Source: a virus (Duplodnaviria; Caudoviricetes). Taken from it: 64,000 nucleotides of DNA. The position numbers were made by a program, and so were the translations under genes. The notes under the pieces were generated by a model, which saw nothing but the letters and a program-made list of their open reading frames with translations, did not search any database and was not told where the DNA came from. Below are positions 27,066 through 35,894 of this stretch, piece after piece; within the stretch, counting starts at the first letter, position 1; every line of letters starts with the position of its first letter. The stretch spans positions 1-64,000 of IMG/VR virus record IMGVR_UViG_3300032138_000002. One strand, given 5' to 3'.

Positions 27066-27353
27066 TCAGTACCTCGTTAGAACCCCTAAAATATAGTTTT
27101 CCAAGACAAGGCACGTTTTTTGATCGGCGATTTCTAGCTCCTGAAGCATGTGAGTTTCCACCAAAACTGTGTCACCCTTAGATACCGCAATTGTACAATC
27201 GGGCGCTACGTCATGGATCCGGACGTAAGAGTGGGGAGAATCTACGGGCCGATAATCATCGGGGAGTAATATTGTACTAGACACGCTAGTGTCAGGTGTC
27301 GGTTCTACAATTTTTTCGACAACCAGGTGTCGATTTCTGGGGCTTAATTTCAT
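27066..27353 (-). CDS. groES: Co-chaperonin GroES (Cpn10)-like protein
   Basis: MKLSPRNRHLVVE..STILLPD (mobile loop)..VSKGDTVL..LVLENYILGVL; SD GGAG before ATG 27353. Confidence 0.75.
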   Translation of the reverse strand: MKLSPRNRHLVVEKIVEPTPDTSVSSTILLPDDYRPVDSPHSYVRIHDVAPDCTIAVSKGDTVLVETHMLQELEIADQKTCLVLENYILGVLTRY

Positions 27354-27418
27354 CTTTTCTCCGTTTAAATTAGGTCGGCTGTTGAAGGCGCCGCTGCGCT
27401 GGGCTGTTGTTAAGGCGT

Positions 27419-29854
27419 TTACCCACACTTAGAATATCCGCAACCTACGCAAGTGACACAGCCATCTTGATAAACAAGATCGGGTTCTTGGCAACAGGTC
27501 GTTGAAAAATCGGTAGATTCTACCTTTTCTCCATTTTGAATATAGTTTTTAAGAATGCGAGACACACACCTCGCAAAGCTGAACATGTTACTATCCTTGT
27601 CTTTTTGTAATTGTTCTACGAGAAAGCTGGGCTTTGCGCCATGGCGCAGTGCTAAAGAAAACATTCGAGTAAAAGAAGAGTTGTCGGGGTTATCAAATAT
27701 TTTAACGATATCTCGAACCACCATGGCATCTCCATTTTTGCCTACTTCTAAATCATAGCGGTTGTTCTTCGTTTTAAATTTAACCTTGGTAAGCAGCCCC
27801 TTGGTCAGGCTTTTGGGAATTTCAATCAAGTTGGAGAGACCCCCCATTACTTCATATGGTTTCCCGTCCAACAAGCCGACCAGAATAGTCCACTTTTCCC
27901 CTTTAATGGTGGTGTGGTGAATATCACAATCCAGTACCTCGGGCCTAGGGAATGCCTTTGAAGCAGAGAACTGTTCTTTGGCGGCCTGGGTACTCTCCGC
28001 TACCAATACGCCCGATCTCGACCCATCCACATAGACAGTTACCCCTTTAAGCCCCATTTTCCACGCTAGGCGGTAGAGGCTCGAAACCGTATCGGGGGAT
28101 GTTCCCGCGGGCAGGTTTATAGTAGAACTAATAGAATGATCTACGTTCTTTTGAATGGCCGCCTGCAATGCGATGCGGCGAGACCAGTCAATCTTATCGC
28201 TTGTTACAAAAAAGTCTGGTAATACAGCATCGGGGGCTTTTTGGAGTGTCCGCCACTCCTGCACATTGTGGTGTAGAACTTCGTACTCGGCCCATTTATC
28301 TCCCATTTCATCCACGAAATCAGGCCTTACGTTATTCTCATTGTGTGACAATTTGCGCCGGCGCTTATAAGAGTTGCGGAAAACCGGTTCGAGACCCGAA
28401 CTTGTCTGAGACAAAATGGATACTGAGCCCGTGGGTGCGTTAGTTAGAATAGATATATTGCGGCGGCCGTGTTGGGCGAGGAGGGTTTTAATATCCTCCG
28501 GGAGGCGCTGAATATACTTGTTATCCTTCTCTAGTTCCCAATCAAACGCCGGGAAGGCCCCTCGTTCTGTGGCCAAACTAATACTCTCTGCATACGCACT
28601 GTTGCGTAAGGTGCTATAAACTTGTTCCACCAACGACACAGCTTCTTCAGAATCATATGGCAGCTTCATTCTAGCTAAGGCGTCAGCTAGACCATGGGTG
28701 CCCAAGCCGGTTCGCCTTCCCTTTTGGCACACCTCTCGCATTTTGGACCACATCTTTTTCTCATCGTCTGTGTCGCATACGGAAATAATATTTTCTAACT
28801 TTTCTAACTCTAATTCCACGAGGTCATCAGAAAGGCGCATGGCCACACTGGCAATGTTCGTAAAGTGCTCAAAGTCAAAATTCGCTTCCTCCGAAAATGC
28901 ATTCTTTACAAAATGTTTCAAGTTAATAGAAATCAGTCTGCAACTATCATATGGCGATAAGGGGACCTCCCCACAAGGGTTGGTGGTTACAGTTTCGAAG
29001 CCGACGGAGGAATAAGAGTGAGCGGGTAAATTATTAATAATATTGTCCCACATCATCAGCCCGGGTTCCGCTGTCTTAGTGGCAGAGTCTGTGATGACGT
29101 CCCACAACTCCCGAGCTTTAATTTTTTTAGTAAAAGTTGGTTTTTTCGAATCGATGGGAAAACGCAACTCAAAGGTGCCACCTTTCTCCACAGCTTCCAT
29201 AAAATCGTCACTTATTTTTACCGAAACATTCGCGCCCGTCACCTTAGTTAGATTATGTTTCATTGTTACGAACTGTTCAATATCTGGGTGGCGTACGTCC
29301 ATGGTAATCATCAGGGCGCCTCTACGGCCGTTTTGGCCGATCATACGGCAGACGTAAGAATAAAAGTCCGCGAAAGACCATGCGCCGGTGGTGGTGCCGG
29401 CAGAATTATTCACCGAGGCTCCGTCGGGCCGGAGGTGGGATAGATCAACCCCCACTCCACAGCGGCGCTTAAAAAGATTGGCCAACTCTTTACCGCTATC
29501 CATGATAGAAGAAAGACTGTCACTTGGTGGTTTTACGACCACGCAGTTGGATAAAGAAACGTTGACATTGTTATTGCCGATGCCCATCATTGGAGACCCT
29601 TGAGGCACCACATACTTAAAGTCTTTTAGTACCTGATAGATAGATTCTTCCGAGAGCGCACGTGGGCCGCCAAATTTGGTTTCCATCCGGGCAAATTCTT
29701 GTGCTAGGCGTCGATGCATATCATCGGGTGTTGCTTCTAAAAAGTCACCATCCGAGTCGGTTAATGCGTATTTGGTTACCCATACGTTGGCGGCGAGATC
29801 ATCGCCCTTGAAATATTCAAGTGTTTCTTTCTGAACTTGCTTTCTTTTAGCCAT
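27419..29854 (-). CDS. nrdJ: Ribonucleotide reductase, probably class II (adenosylcobalamin)
   Basis: SNCVV, GRRGALM, TNPCGE, APTGSVS, C-terminal zinc ribbon CVTCVGCGYSKC; no beta-subunit gene nearby. Confidence 0.88.
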   Translation of the reverse strand: MAKRKQVQKETLEYFKGDDLAANVWVTKYALTDSDGDFLEATPDDMHRRLAQEFARMETKFGGPRALSEESIYQVLKDFKYVVPQGSPMMGIGNNNVNVSLSNCVVVKPPSDSLSSIMDSGKELANLFKRRCGVGVDLSHLRPDGASVNNSAGTTTGAWSFADFYSYVCRMIGQNGRRGALMITMDVRHPDIEQFVTMKHNLTKVTGANVSVKISDDFMEAVEKGGTFELRFPIDSKKPTFTKKIKARELWDVITDSATKTAEPGLMMWDNIINNLPAHSYSSVGFETVTTNPCGEVPLSPYDSCRLISINLKHFVKNAFSEEANFDFEHFTNIASVAMRLSDDLVELELEKLENIISVCDTDDEKKMWSKMREVCQKGRRTGLGTHGLADALARMKLPYDSEEAVSLVEQVYSTLRNSAYAESISLATERGAFPAFDWELEKDNKYIQRLPEDIKTLLAQHGRRNISILTNAPTGSVSILSQTSSGLEPVFRNSYKRRRKLSHNENNVRPDFVDEMGDKWAEYEVLHHNVQEWRTLQKAPDAVLPDFFVTSDKIDWSRRIALQAAIQKNVDHSISSTINLPAGTSPDTVSSLYRLAWKMGLKGVTVYVDGSRSGVLVAESTQAAKEQFSASKAFPRPEVLDCDIHHTTIKGEKWTILVGLLDGKPYEVMGGLSNLIEIPKSLTKGLLTKVKFKTKNNRYDLEVGKNGDAMVVRDIVKIFDNPDNSSFTRMFSLALRHGAKPSFLVEQLQKDKDSNMFSFARCVSRILKNYIQNGEKVESTDFSTTCCQEPDLVYQDGCVTCVGCGYSKCG

Positions 29855-31229
29855 TATTTAATATTCCTTTGCCATTATACTTTTTATATTTCTTCTCTAG
29901 TTCTGTTTTATAGTCCTTTGCTGATTTTACCACATATTCTGAGGGAGTTTCATCTAAATGTCGATGAACTTCAATAAAAACATTACTTGTCCTCATCGTC
30001 ATCGGAAATACGATGCCATCGGGACCATTTCTATTTTTTGCCACAAATATGCGGCCGCCATCTGTTCTTTTGTCATCAACAGTACGCGACACAGTATAAA
30101 TGAAATCTGCAACGAAACATTTATTAAAGGCTTCCGATACAGATTCCATTGTGATGATCTCGGCATTTAAGCCGCTTCGATTAGTTTGAGATGCCGTCCA
30201 GCACACGCACGTATATTCTTGGGCGATGGCGCGGAGGTCTTCATAGATTGTTTCGAGGTCATGCCTTTTTTCTTTATAGGCTACCGCGGGCTTTAATAGA
30301 TCGGCATAATCCACAATAATCATTGCTGGCTTTATATTCCGTTGATAGAGTTTTTCAAGGTGATTGCGGATGGTATTCGGTGATGCCGACTTTGTGGGAT
30401 ATTCTTTGATGATTAATTTACCTTTTATATCCTTAATCTGTTCATAAATATCATCTTTACAATTATATGACTGTGATAATGGTATTTTTGTTATACAACT
30501 ATCATATCGACCCGCGATAGTCGTGCTTGCAAGTTCCAAAGTATAGTGCACAACAGTAAGACCTTTCATCAAAGCCTGAGTGCCTAAGTGCACAAGGTGC
30601 ATGCTTTTTCCGGCCCCCGTTGCCGCAATCACAACCCCCAGTTCGCTACGTCCCATTCCGCCGCGGCAGATTTCATCGATGTGGGGCCATCCTAGAGTGA
30701 TGGGGTTGCGGGTTTTAAGTTTGAATCTCTCTTCGAAGTCTTCGATATAATCATACCCGAAATCGTTCTCCGCCCCAAGTTTAAGGGCATCATTAATAAT
30801 CTTGGAGATTTCATCAAAAGAAGAAGTTTGAATCAGACGGGCTGACTTAATCATCGCTTCCTTGAGCTTTTGTTTTCGACAAAAGTCTAGCGATGTCTGC
30901 TTAATATATTCTTCGTCTTCGGGATTTTCCTCGGAAGACATCACTCGCACAAAGAAATCGCGTGTAGTTTTCTGAGTAGCGCTGTCTTCCTCGTCTAACT
31001 CGGCCCGTAAAATAGCAATCATGGCATCACTAGAAGGGTGGATTTTGTACTGAGCCTTGTACTCTAGGATCTTGCGTACAAAGACCCTTAAATGTTTAAG
31101 CTCTAGAAAATCTATATCTAAGACTTCCATTATCTGATCACAATAAATACGATCTTTTAGGATCAGTTCACACAACTTTTCCTGGAAGTTTTTACCAAAT
31201 TTGGCGAAACCAACTTTATTGTTTTCCAT
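29847..31229 (-). CDS. Replicative helicase, DnaB/T4 gp41 family
   Basis: AATGAGKS Walker A, TLEL, IIVDYADL, TASQTNR, KNRNGP. Confidence 0.92.
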   Translation of the reverse strand: MENNKVGFAKFGKNFQEKLCELILKDRIYCDQIMEVLDIDFLELKHLRVFVRKILEYKAQYKIHPSSDAMIAILRAELDEEDSATQKTTRDFFVRVMSSEENPEDEEYIKQTSLDFCRKQKLKEAMIKSARLIQTSSFDEISKIINDALKLGAENDFGYDYIEDFEERFKLKTRNPITLGWPHIDEICRGGMGRSELGVVIAATGAGKSMHLVHLGTQALMKGLTVVHYTLELASTTIAGRYDSCITKIPLSQSYNCKDDIYEQIKDIKGKLIIKEYPTKSASPNTIRNHLEKLYQRNIKPAMIIVDYADLLKPAVAYKEKRHDLETIYEDLRAIAQEYTCVCWTASQTNRSGLNAEIITMESVSEAFNKCFVADFIYTVSRTVDDKRTDGGRIFVAKNRNGPDGIVFPMTMRTSNVFIEVHRHLDETPSEYVVKSAKDYKTELEKKYKKYNGKGILNNG

Positions 31230-31231
31230 TT

Positions 31232-31519
31232 TTACCAGCACTCTACATCAGTGGTTTCCCACCAACATCCACTCATATCATCAAAGCGGCACCACGTTTC
31301 TTCGCAGAACCAACCGTCATAATCATAAAAGGACCACGTACAACACAAATCCGGATAACAATAATCAGGATTACCCAAGAGAAAACTAATTTCCTCTTCG
31401 TTTTCACATAGGGGTTCAATTAAATAAGGGCCCCCTGGTCCAGGGAGAGTTGTGTCCGGTAACAGACATCCTCCGAGCAGCAGCGCCATGGCGGCCAACA
31501 TTAATTTCTTTTTTTTCAT
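31232..31519 (-). CDS. Cys/Trp-rich lipoprotein
   Basis: MKKKKLMLAAMALLLGGC lipobox; eight further Cys. Confidence 0.75.
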   Translation of the reverse strand: MKKKKLMLAAMALLLGGCLLPDTTLPGPGGPYLIEPLCENEEEISFLLGNPDYCYPDLCCTWSFYDYDGWFCEETWCRFDDMSGCWWETTDVECW

Positions 31520-31535
31520 AATCTTCCTCTTAAAG

Positions 31536-31608
31536 TATGCTCTCTGGGAGTTGAACCCAGGACTACTCGCTTATAAGACGAGCGCTCTAACCACTGAGCT
31601 AAGAGCAT
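31536..31608 (-). tRNA. tRNA-Ile (anticodon UAU), CCA not encoded
   Basis: Cloverleaf: acceptor ATGCTCT/AGAGCAT, D arm GCTC/GAGC, anticodon stem CTCGT/GCGAG with loop CT-TAT-AA, T arm CTGGG-TTCAACT-CCCAG, discriminator A. Confidence 0.93.
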
Positions 31609-31620
31609 ATTATAAGTTTC

Positions 31621-31649
31621 ACTATACTATATTTTTAGGATTCTGTCAA
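31621..31649 (-). promoter_or_regulatory. Sigma70-type promoter for tRNA-helicase-RNR unit
   Basis: TTGACA (31649-31644), 17 bp spacer, TATAGT (31626-31621). Confidence 0.85.
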
Positions 31650-32606
31650 GTCATAGTTGCATGCAACTATGTGGACCGCGTTTGAATCTGCTTCAGTCAT
31701 TCTATCCCTATATTGTACCGCATAACGATAACCATATTCGCATTTAATAAAATCTCCGTAGAGTTCTTCTGTGAATTCGTCTTTATTAATGATAATCATG
31801 ACCTTAGCGTCGGTGGTTCTAAACCATTCTGCTAGTTCACGATGTTCTTTATCATGAAATGCTCCCGCGGGATGGTAATCCGTAAATACTCGCGTATAGG
31901 GAGGATCCAAGAATACAAAGTCGTCAGACGTCGCTTGCGCAACACTATCTTTCCAATGCCCGAGATCGATGCGGGTATTCTCAAACACTTTTTTTATGTC
32001 ATCGATATCCTGCTCAACCCCCTTAAAGCTTTTATACCACCCATAGGGGATATTAAACTTACCGTTCGAACTAAACCGCAACATCCCAGAAAATGAAAGT
32101 TGTCGCATCAAGTAAAACTTTATTGCGCGCATGAAATCACTAGTAAAGTTAGTGTTCCTGTAATAATAGTAATAGCGATCAGCCAGCTTGTACCACTCCG
32201 CATTCATTTCTCGCTTGGTTTCTTTAAGCTCGACCTTCTTACGTTTCAGATCGTCTGCACTTGTCGCGCTATTTGCCGCTAGTTGTTCAACTTCGGCCTT
32301 CAGAGCCGTCACTTTCGCTTCAAGCTCGGGGTCTTTTTCGATTTCTTTAACGGCTGCACCATACTCCTTACTAAGACGGTTAATCTCTGAGACCAAATCC
32401 TCAGGGCTTTCTTCTAAAACCCTATAGAAGTTAATCAACTCTTCATAATTGTCATTGATAACTGCCTTTTCCGGTTGAAGACATAGCCACACGGCTCCGC
32501 CGCCAATGAACGGCTCATAGAAAGTATCGTAACTTTCAGGGAGATGGTCTTCTACAACTTTAAGCTCTTTTCTCTTCCCTCCGGAAAATTTAAAGAATGG
32601 TTTCAT
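31635..32606 (-). CDS. Dam-family (D12 class) N6-adenine DNA methyltransferase
   Basis: FSGGKR, YEPFIGGGAV (motif I), INDN, FLDPPY (motif IV); ~50 aa coiled-coil insertion; start at ATG 32606 after SD GAGG. Confidence 0.9.
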   Translation of the reverse strand: MKPFFKFSGGKRKELKVVEDHLPESYDTFYEPFIGGGAVWLCLQPEKAVINDNYEELINFYRVLEESPEDLVSEINRLSKEYGAAVKEIEKDPELEAKVTALKAEVEQLAANSATSADDLKRKKVELKETKREMNAEWYKLADRYYYYYRNTNFTSDFMRAIKFYLMRQLSFSGMLRFSSNGKFNIPYGWYKSFKGVEQDIDDIKKVFENTRIDLGHWKDSVAQATSDDFVFLDPPYTRVFTDYHPAGAFHDKEHRELAEWFRTTDAKVMIIINKDEFTEELYGDFIKCEYGYRYAVQYRDRMTEADSNAVHIVACNYDLTES

Positions 32607-33255
32607 TTTCTTCCTCATATTTTTCAATTATTCGCTTAGCCAGAGTCAAGTAAGCATGCTCGTTAATTGGGCGCTGGTCTTCCCGGCTTTTGTTGAGTGC
32701 GTCGAAATCCACCTCCACCAGATCAGCGAACTCCCTCCCCGTCATCAGGTGGCGAGAAGCCCTCTTATCTTTAAAGCTGGCATTCTCCAAATCCTCAGTA
32801 TTCCACAGTACGATGAGGCCTTTCACCTTTTTGTTCGTCTGTTGCTGGAGGAAGGCTGTGATCATTTCTAGTTTGTCTATCTCTCCAGTGGACTTCTTAG
32901 TATCGAAGTTGTTGCCATCTTTTAATTCGACGACGCAGACGGAATCTCGTGTTACAACTATAAAATCTGGGTTCACAGACTTCTCTAATCCGGGAACATC
33001 CTTTTCCTTCAGCGTCGTTTTATAATATAAACAGGGGGCTTCTTCAAAATCAATATCTGCATATGCTCGCTTTAAGAGGCCCGGGAGACCGGATCCAAGA
33101 AAGACCAGTTCCTCAAGCTCGTTCCCGTTACGGATCACTGTGGACTGTGTTTGTTGACATACTCTCGCAAGGGGGAGATTGCCATAAGTTCGGTAATAGC
33201 CGCTGCTCTCAATCTCTTCATCAGTTTTTGGTTTAGCATCTTCTAAAAGTGCCAT
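32590..33255 (-). CDS. Putative type II restriction endonuclease (PD-(D/E)xK)
   Basis: GNELEE..NPDFIV..VVELKDG core; overlaps the methyltransferase gene. Confidence 0.7.
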   Translation of the reverse strand: MALLEDAKPKTDEEIESSGYYRTYGNLPLARVCQQTQSTVIRNGNELEELVFLGSGLPGLLKRAYADIDFEEAPCLYYKTTLKEKDVPGLEKSVNPDFIVVTRDSVCVVELKDGNNFDTKKSTGEIDKLEMITAFLQQQTNKKVKGLIVLWNTEDLENASFKDKRASRHLMTGREFADLVEVDFDALNKSREDQRPINEHAYLTLAKRIIEKYEEENETIL

Positions 33256-33277
33256 TTTGCTCTCCTATGCATAACTT

Positions 33278-33306
33278 AAAAGGGGAGTGGTTTTACCCAC
33301 CCCCCT
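33278..33306 (-). terminator. Intrinsic terminator-like hairpin overlapping the R-M promoter start
   Basis: mRNA AGGGGGGUGG-GUAAAA-CCACUCCCCU-UUU. Confidence 0.6.
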
Positions 33307-33335
33307 ATAGTACCAGAATGAAATTAATTTGTCAA
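33307..33335 (-). promoter_or_regulatory. Sigma70-type promoter for R-M pair
   Basis: TTGACA (33335-33330), 17 bp spacer, TGn-TACTAT (33312-33307). Confidence 0.75.
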
Positions 33336-33341
33336 GGACTT

Positions 33342-34316
33342 TTAACAATTTTGATATACAAGGTGCTGACTGATCTGCCACAAAGACGACCAGTCAAAGA
33401 CTCCGAAGCCGTCGTCGTTCATCATTTTGATCACCTCCGTCTTACTATAGGAACAATCAAAATTGAAAAGGGCTTCGCGAATATTACTCTTGGCGCTGAT
33501 TGGTAAGTTGGGTGCATATAATTGCATAATTTTATAGTTGTCTCTTACAACATCGATGTTCTCTAAAATGCTCGTGTACAATTTTAGGCGTGAATCCGAG
33601 TTGTCGTTGCAAACTTCTATAAGATCATCGATTGTAATAGACGCACTCTCACCAAAAAAATTCATTTTTTTAGCTAAAGTCTTGAGGCCGACACCGGGCA
33701 CGCCAGGAAGATTATCACTCTTATCTCCAGCTATGGCCCGGGCCAATGCAAAATTGGTAGGGTGGATCCTGTGGCGTTCGATTATAACGTTCTTGTTAAG
33801 AACCTCTTTTTGTACGGGGCGAAAAAGAACCGTGGTATTGTCACACAACTGATAAAAGTCTTTGTCACTGGATACAATGATCTTCTGATACTCTCGCAAG
33901 TTAGGTTCTTGTACAATGTGGGCGATTACGTCGTCGGCTTCAATGCCGGGAATCATAATCTGGATGATGGGGAGGTTGTTAATATATTCCACGGCGCGGG
34001 TTTGTTGCCAGATTTTATTCTCCAGTTCTTGGTTCTCGTCTAAAAGGCCCTGAATGCCCCTATTTAAGCGAATAGGGCTCCGACCCTCCTTGTAGTCCTT
34101 ATTGACGATTCTTTTGCGCTTAGAGCCTCCTGGGCCGTCCCACACCACCACCACTTGATCGGGCTTAGTCTCGCGCATTAACTTCTGGAGGATTTTAAGA
34201 AATCCTTTAGTGCCGCCAATTGGCTGGCCGTTCGAAGATAATGAGGGGTCTACAATATATGCCCTGAAGTACATGTTCAGGGCATCAATTACTAGGTATC
34301 TCTTTTGTTTCTTCAA
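33342..34316 (-). CDS. 5'-3' exonuclease/flap endonuclease (Pol I N-terminal domain / T4 RNase H family)
   Basis: LVIDALN, VVWDG, YKEGR, EADDVIA, SSDKDFYQL, GDKSDNLPGVPGVGLKT. Confidence 0.93.
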   Translation of the reverse strand: MKKQKRYLVIDALNMYFRAYIVDPSLSSNGQPIGGTKGFLKILQKLMRETKPDQVVVVWDGPGGSKRKRIVNKDYKEGRSPIRLNRGIQGLLDENQELENKIWQQTRAVEYINNLPIIQIMIPGIEADDVIAHIVQEPNLREYQKIIVSSDKDFYQLCDNTTVLFRPVQKEVLNKNVIIERHRIHPTNFALARAIAGDKSDNLPGVPGVGLKTLAKKMNFFGESASITIDDLIEVCNDNSDSRLKLYTSILENIDVVRDNYKIMQLYAPNLPISAKSNIREALFNFDCSYSKTEVIKMMNDDGFGVFDWSSLWQISQHLVYQNC

Positions 34317-34542
34317 TGAATTGCTTTATTTTGGGTAATATGGCCTTTATAAAGGCCTTGTAGGTTAGAGGGGTGTCGTTCTCATCGTAAGTCTTTAATT
34401 CAATATTCCAGGAATAGTAAAACTGTTTTCCATCAATCAATAAAGACTGTTGTCGCCCATGGGCATCGATGTGAGTATAACATAGTTGAAAGGCCACGCC
34501 GGGGAAACGGGAAAGAAGTTTCTTTTGGAAAGCTTCTTCCAT
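34285..34542 (-). CDS. Hypothetical protein
   Basis: ORF track; TAATG coupling to upstream gene. Confidence 0.6.
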   Translation of the reverse strand: MEEAFQKKLLSRFPGVAFQLCYTHIDAHGRQQSLLIDGKQFYYSWNIELKTYDENDTPLTYKAFIKAILPKIKQFIEETKEIPSN

Positions 34543-34991
34543 TATTGTTTTTCTCTGGTACCAGCCACATAATCAGTTAGAGGAAATAAAACGCACCAGT
34601 TAGCATCCTGATTGCGACCCATATGATGATCCCAATGCCATCGCATATGCTTCTTACCCCAAGCGGGGTTCAGGTGTGAATACTTGTGCAGATAATAATA
34701 CATCATACCATAAATAGCCATCGATGTCAAGATAATTGGTTGAGACCACAGAATAGGCACGTGAATCAGGAATAGCGTGGCGATGCCCACCGCCTCAAAA
34801 TTGTAGAAGCCCTGCAAATATGTTAAATCAAATCCGTTAGTTTTGCGCGCATTCGCGTGGTGGTCGTGCCAGTGAAAACTCCAGATACTATTTTTATTTT
34901 TTCCTAGGCCATGGAGCAAATATTTATGAATGAGCCATTCGTACATGTTAGTAAGAAGAATTCCCACCACTATTTTTAGAAGCACCATCAT
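34542..34991 (-). CDS. Fatty acid hydroxylase/sterol desaturase superfamily membrane protein
   Basis: His boxes HKYLLH, HWHDHH, HKYSH, HWDHH with hydrophobic segments. Confidence 0.85.
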   Translation of the reverse strand: MMVLLKIVVGILLTNMYEWLIHKYLLHGLGKNKNSIWSFHWHDHHANARKTNGFDLTYLQGFYNFEAVGIATLFLIHVPILWSQPIILTSMAIYGMMYYYLHKYSHLNPAWGKKHMRWHWDHHMGRNQDANWCVLFPLTDYVAGTREKQ

Positions 34992-35500
34992 TTTAAGAAT
35001 ATAGACCAGTCAGGGTGCCGGGTATTGGAAGGAAAAAGGCCATAATATATATCATATCGTGGTGCTCTCGGCACTGTTATTAAAGACATCGATGTGTCGG
35101 AAAGTAGATGATTATTTTTTTTATTATTGCAAGTGTAGCATGCACAGACACAATTTTCAAACGTGCTTTCCCCCCCGCGAGAAACTGGTATAATATGGTC
35201 GATGGTAAGTTGGGTGCGATCTGAACGCTTGCCACAATACTGACATCTAAAATTATCTCTTTTTTTAATAATCTTCTTAGAAAATTTTACTTTGCCGCGA
35301 TAATACTTAACATGCGTTTTTAACCGCAGCGTGGAAGGTAGCGCAATTGCCCGGGTACAAGACCTAATGTTAATCCCCTCCCACTGAGAGACTACATCTA
35401 CTTTTTCTCGGTGCATTAGCTTAAGGCCTCTCTGCCATGTTACAAATCGTAAAGGGCGATAATCAGAATTGAGAAGAAGTATTTTTTGATCGACCGCCAT
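34988..35500 (-). CDS. HNH endonuclease (McrA-like)
   Basis: LLLNSDYRPL, RDNFRCQYCG, LTIDHIIPVSRGG, ENCVCACYTCNNKK. Confidence 0.92.
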   Translation of the reverse strand: MAVDQKILLLNSDYRPLRFVTWQRGLKLMHREKVDVVSQWEGINIRSCTRAIALPSTLRLKTHVKYYRGKVKFSKKIIKKRDNFRCQYCGKRSDRTQLTIDHIIPVSRGGESTFENCVCACYTCNNKKNNHLLSDTSMSLITVPRAPRYDIYYGLFPSNTRHPDWSIFLK

Positions 35501-35525
35501 CTACTATAACTATGCACTCGCTGCA

Positions 35526-35894
35526 TTATCGGTGGCGGCGGTGGCGTCTAGGGCGGCGCTGGTGGCGCCGTTGTTGGCGGTTGGGGCGCTGGTGGGGTCG
35601 GTAATGTGGGCGCTGGTAGTTATATCGATAACTGTGGCCACGGTAAGAGCGCCTATAGGTGCTGTAAGGGGTGTAGTCATAGTGGCACGACTGATCGTGA
35701 TACTCTACTGTAGAAGAATCGTACGTGTGGCGGCGTGCGCGGTCACATCGTTCTACGCGGTATTCCCACGCATCATAGCGATAATCGTACTCCCACACCT
35801 TGCAATAATCGACACAAATTAGTTGAGCATTAGCTTGTGACGTTGCAAAAGTAAAGAGGAGAAAGGCTGTGAGGAAGTGAAAGACACACCTCAT
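35526..35894 (-). CDS. Secreted protein with Tyr/Arg/His-rich low-complexity tail
   Basis: Signal peptide ending ANA; C-terminal HYRPHQRPNRQQRRHQRRPRRHRRHR. Confidence 0.6.
   Translation of the reverse strand: MRCVFHFLTAFLLFTFATSQANAQLICVDYCKVWEYDYRYDAWEYRVERCDRARRHTYDSSTVEYHDQSCHYDYTPYSTYRRSYRGHSYRYNYQRPHYRPHQRPNRQQRRHQRRPRRHRRHR

Noticed and set aside
34711-34717. CTATTTA inside the fatty acid hydroxylase gene
   Set aside because: Intragenic, lacks the preceding A and is not placed before a late-type gene; likely chance.
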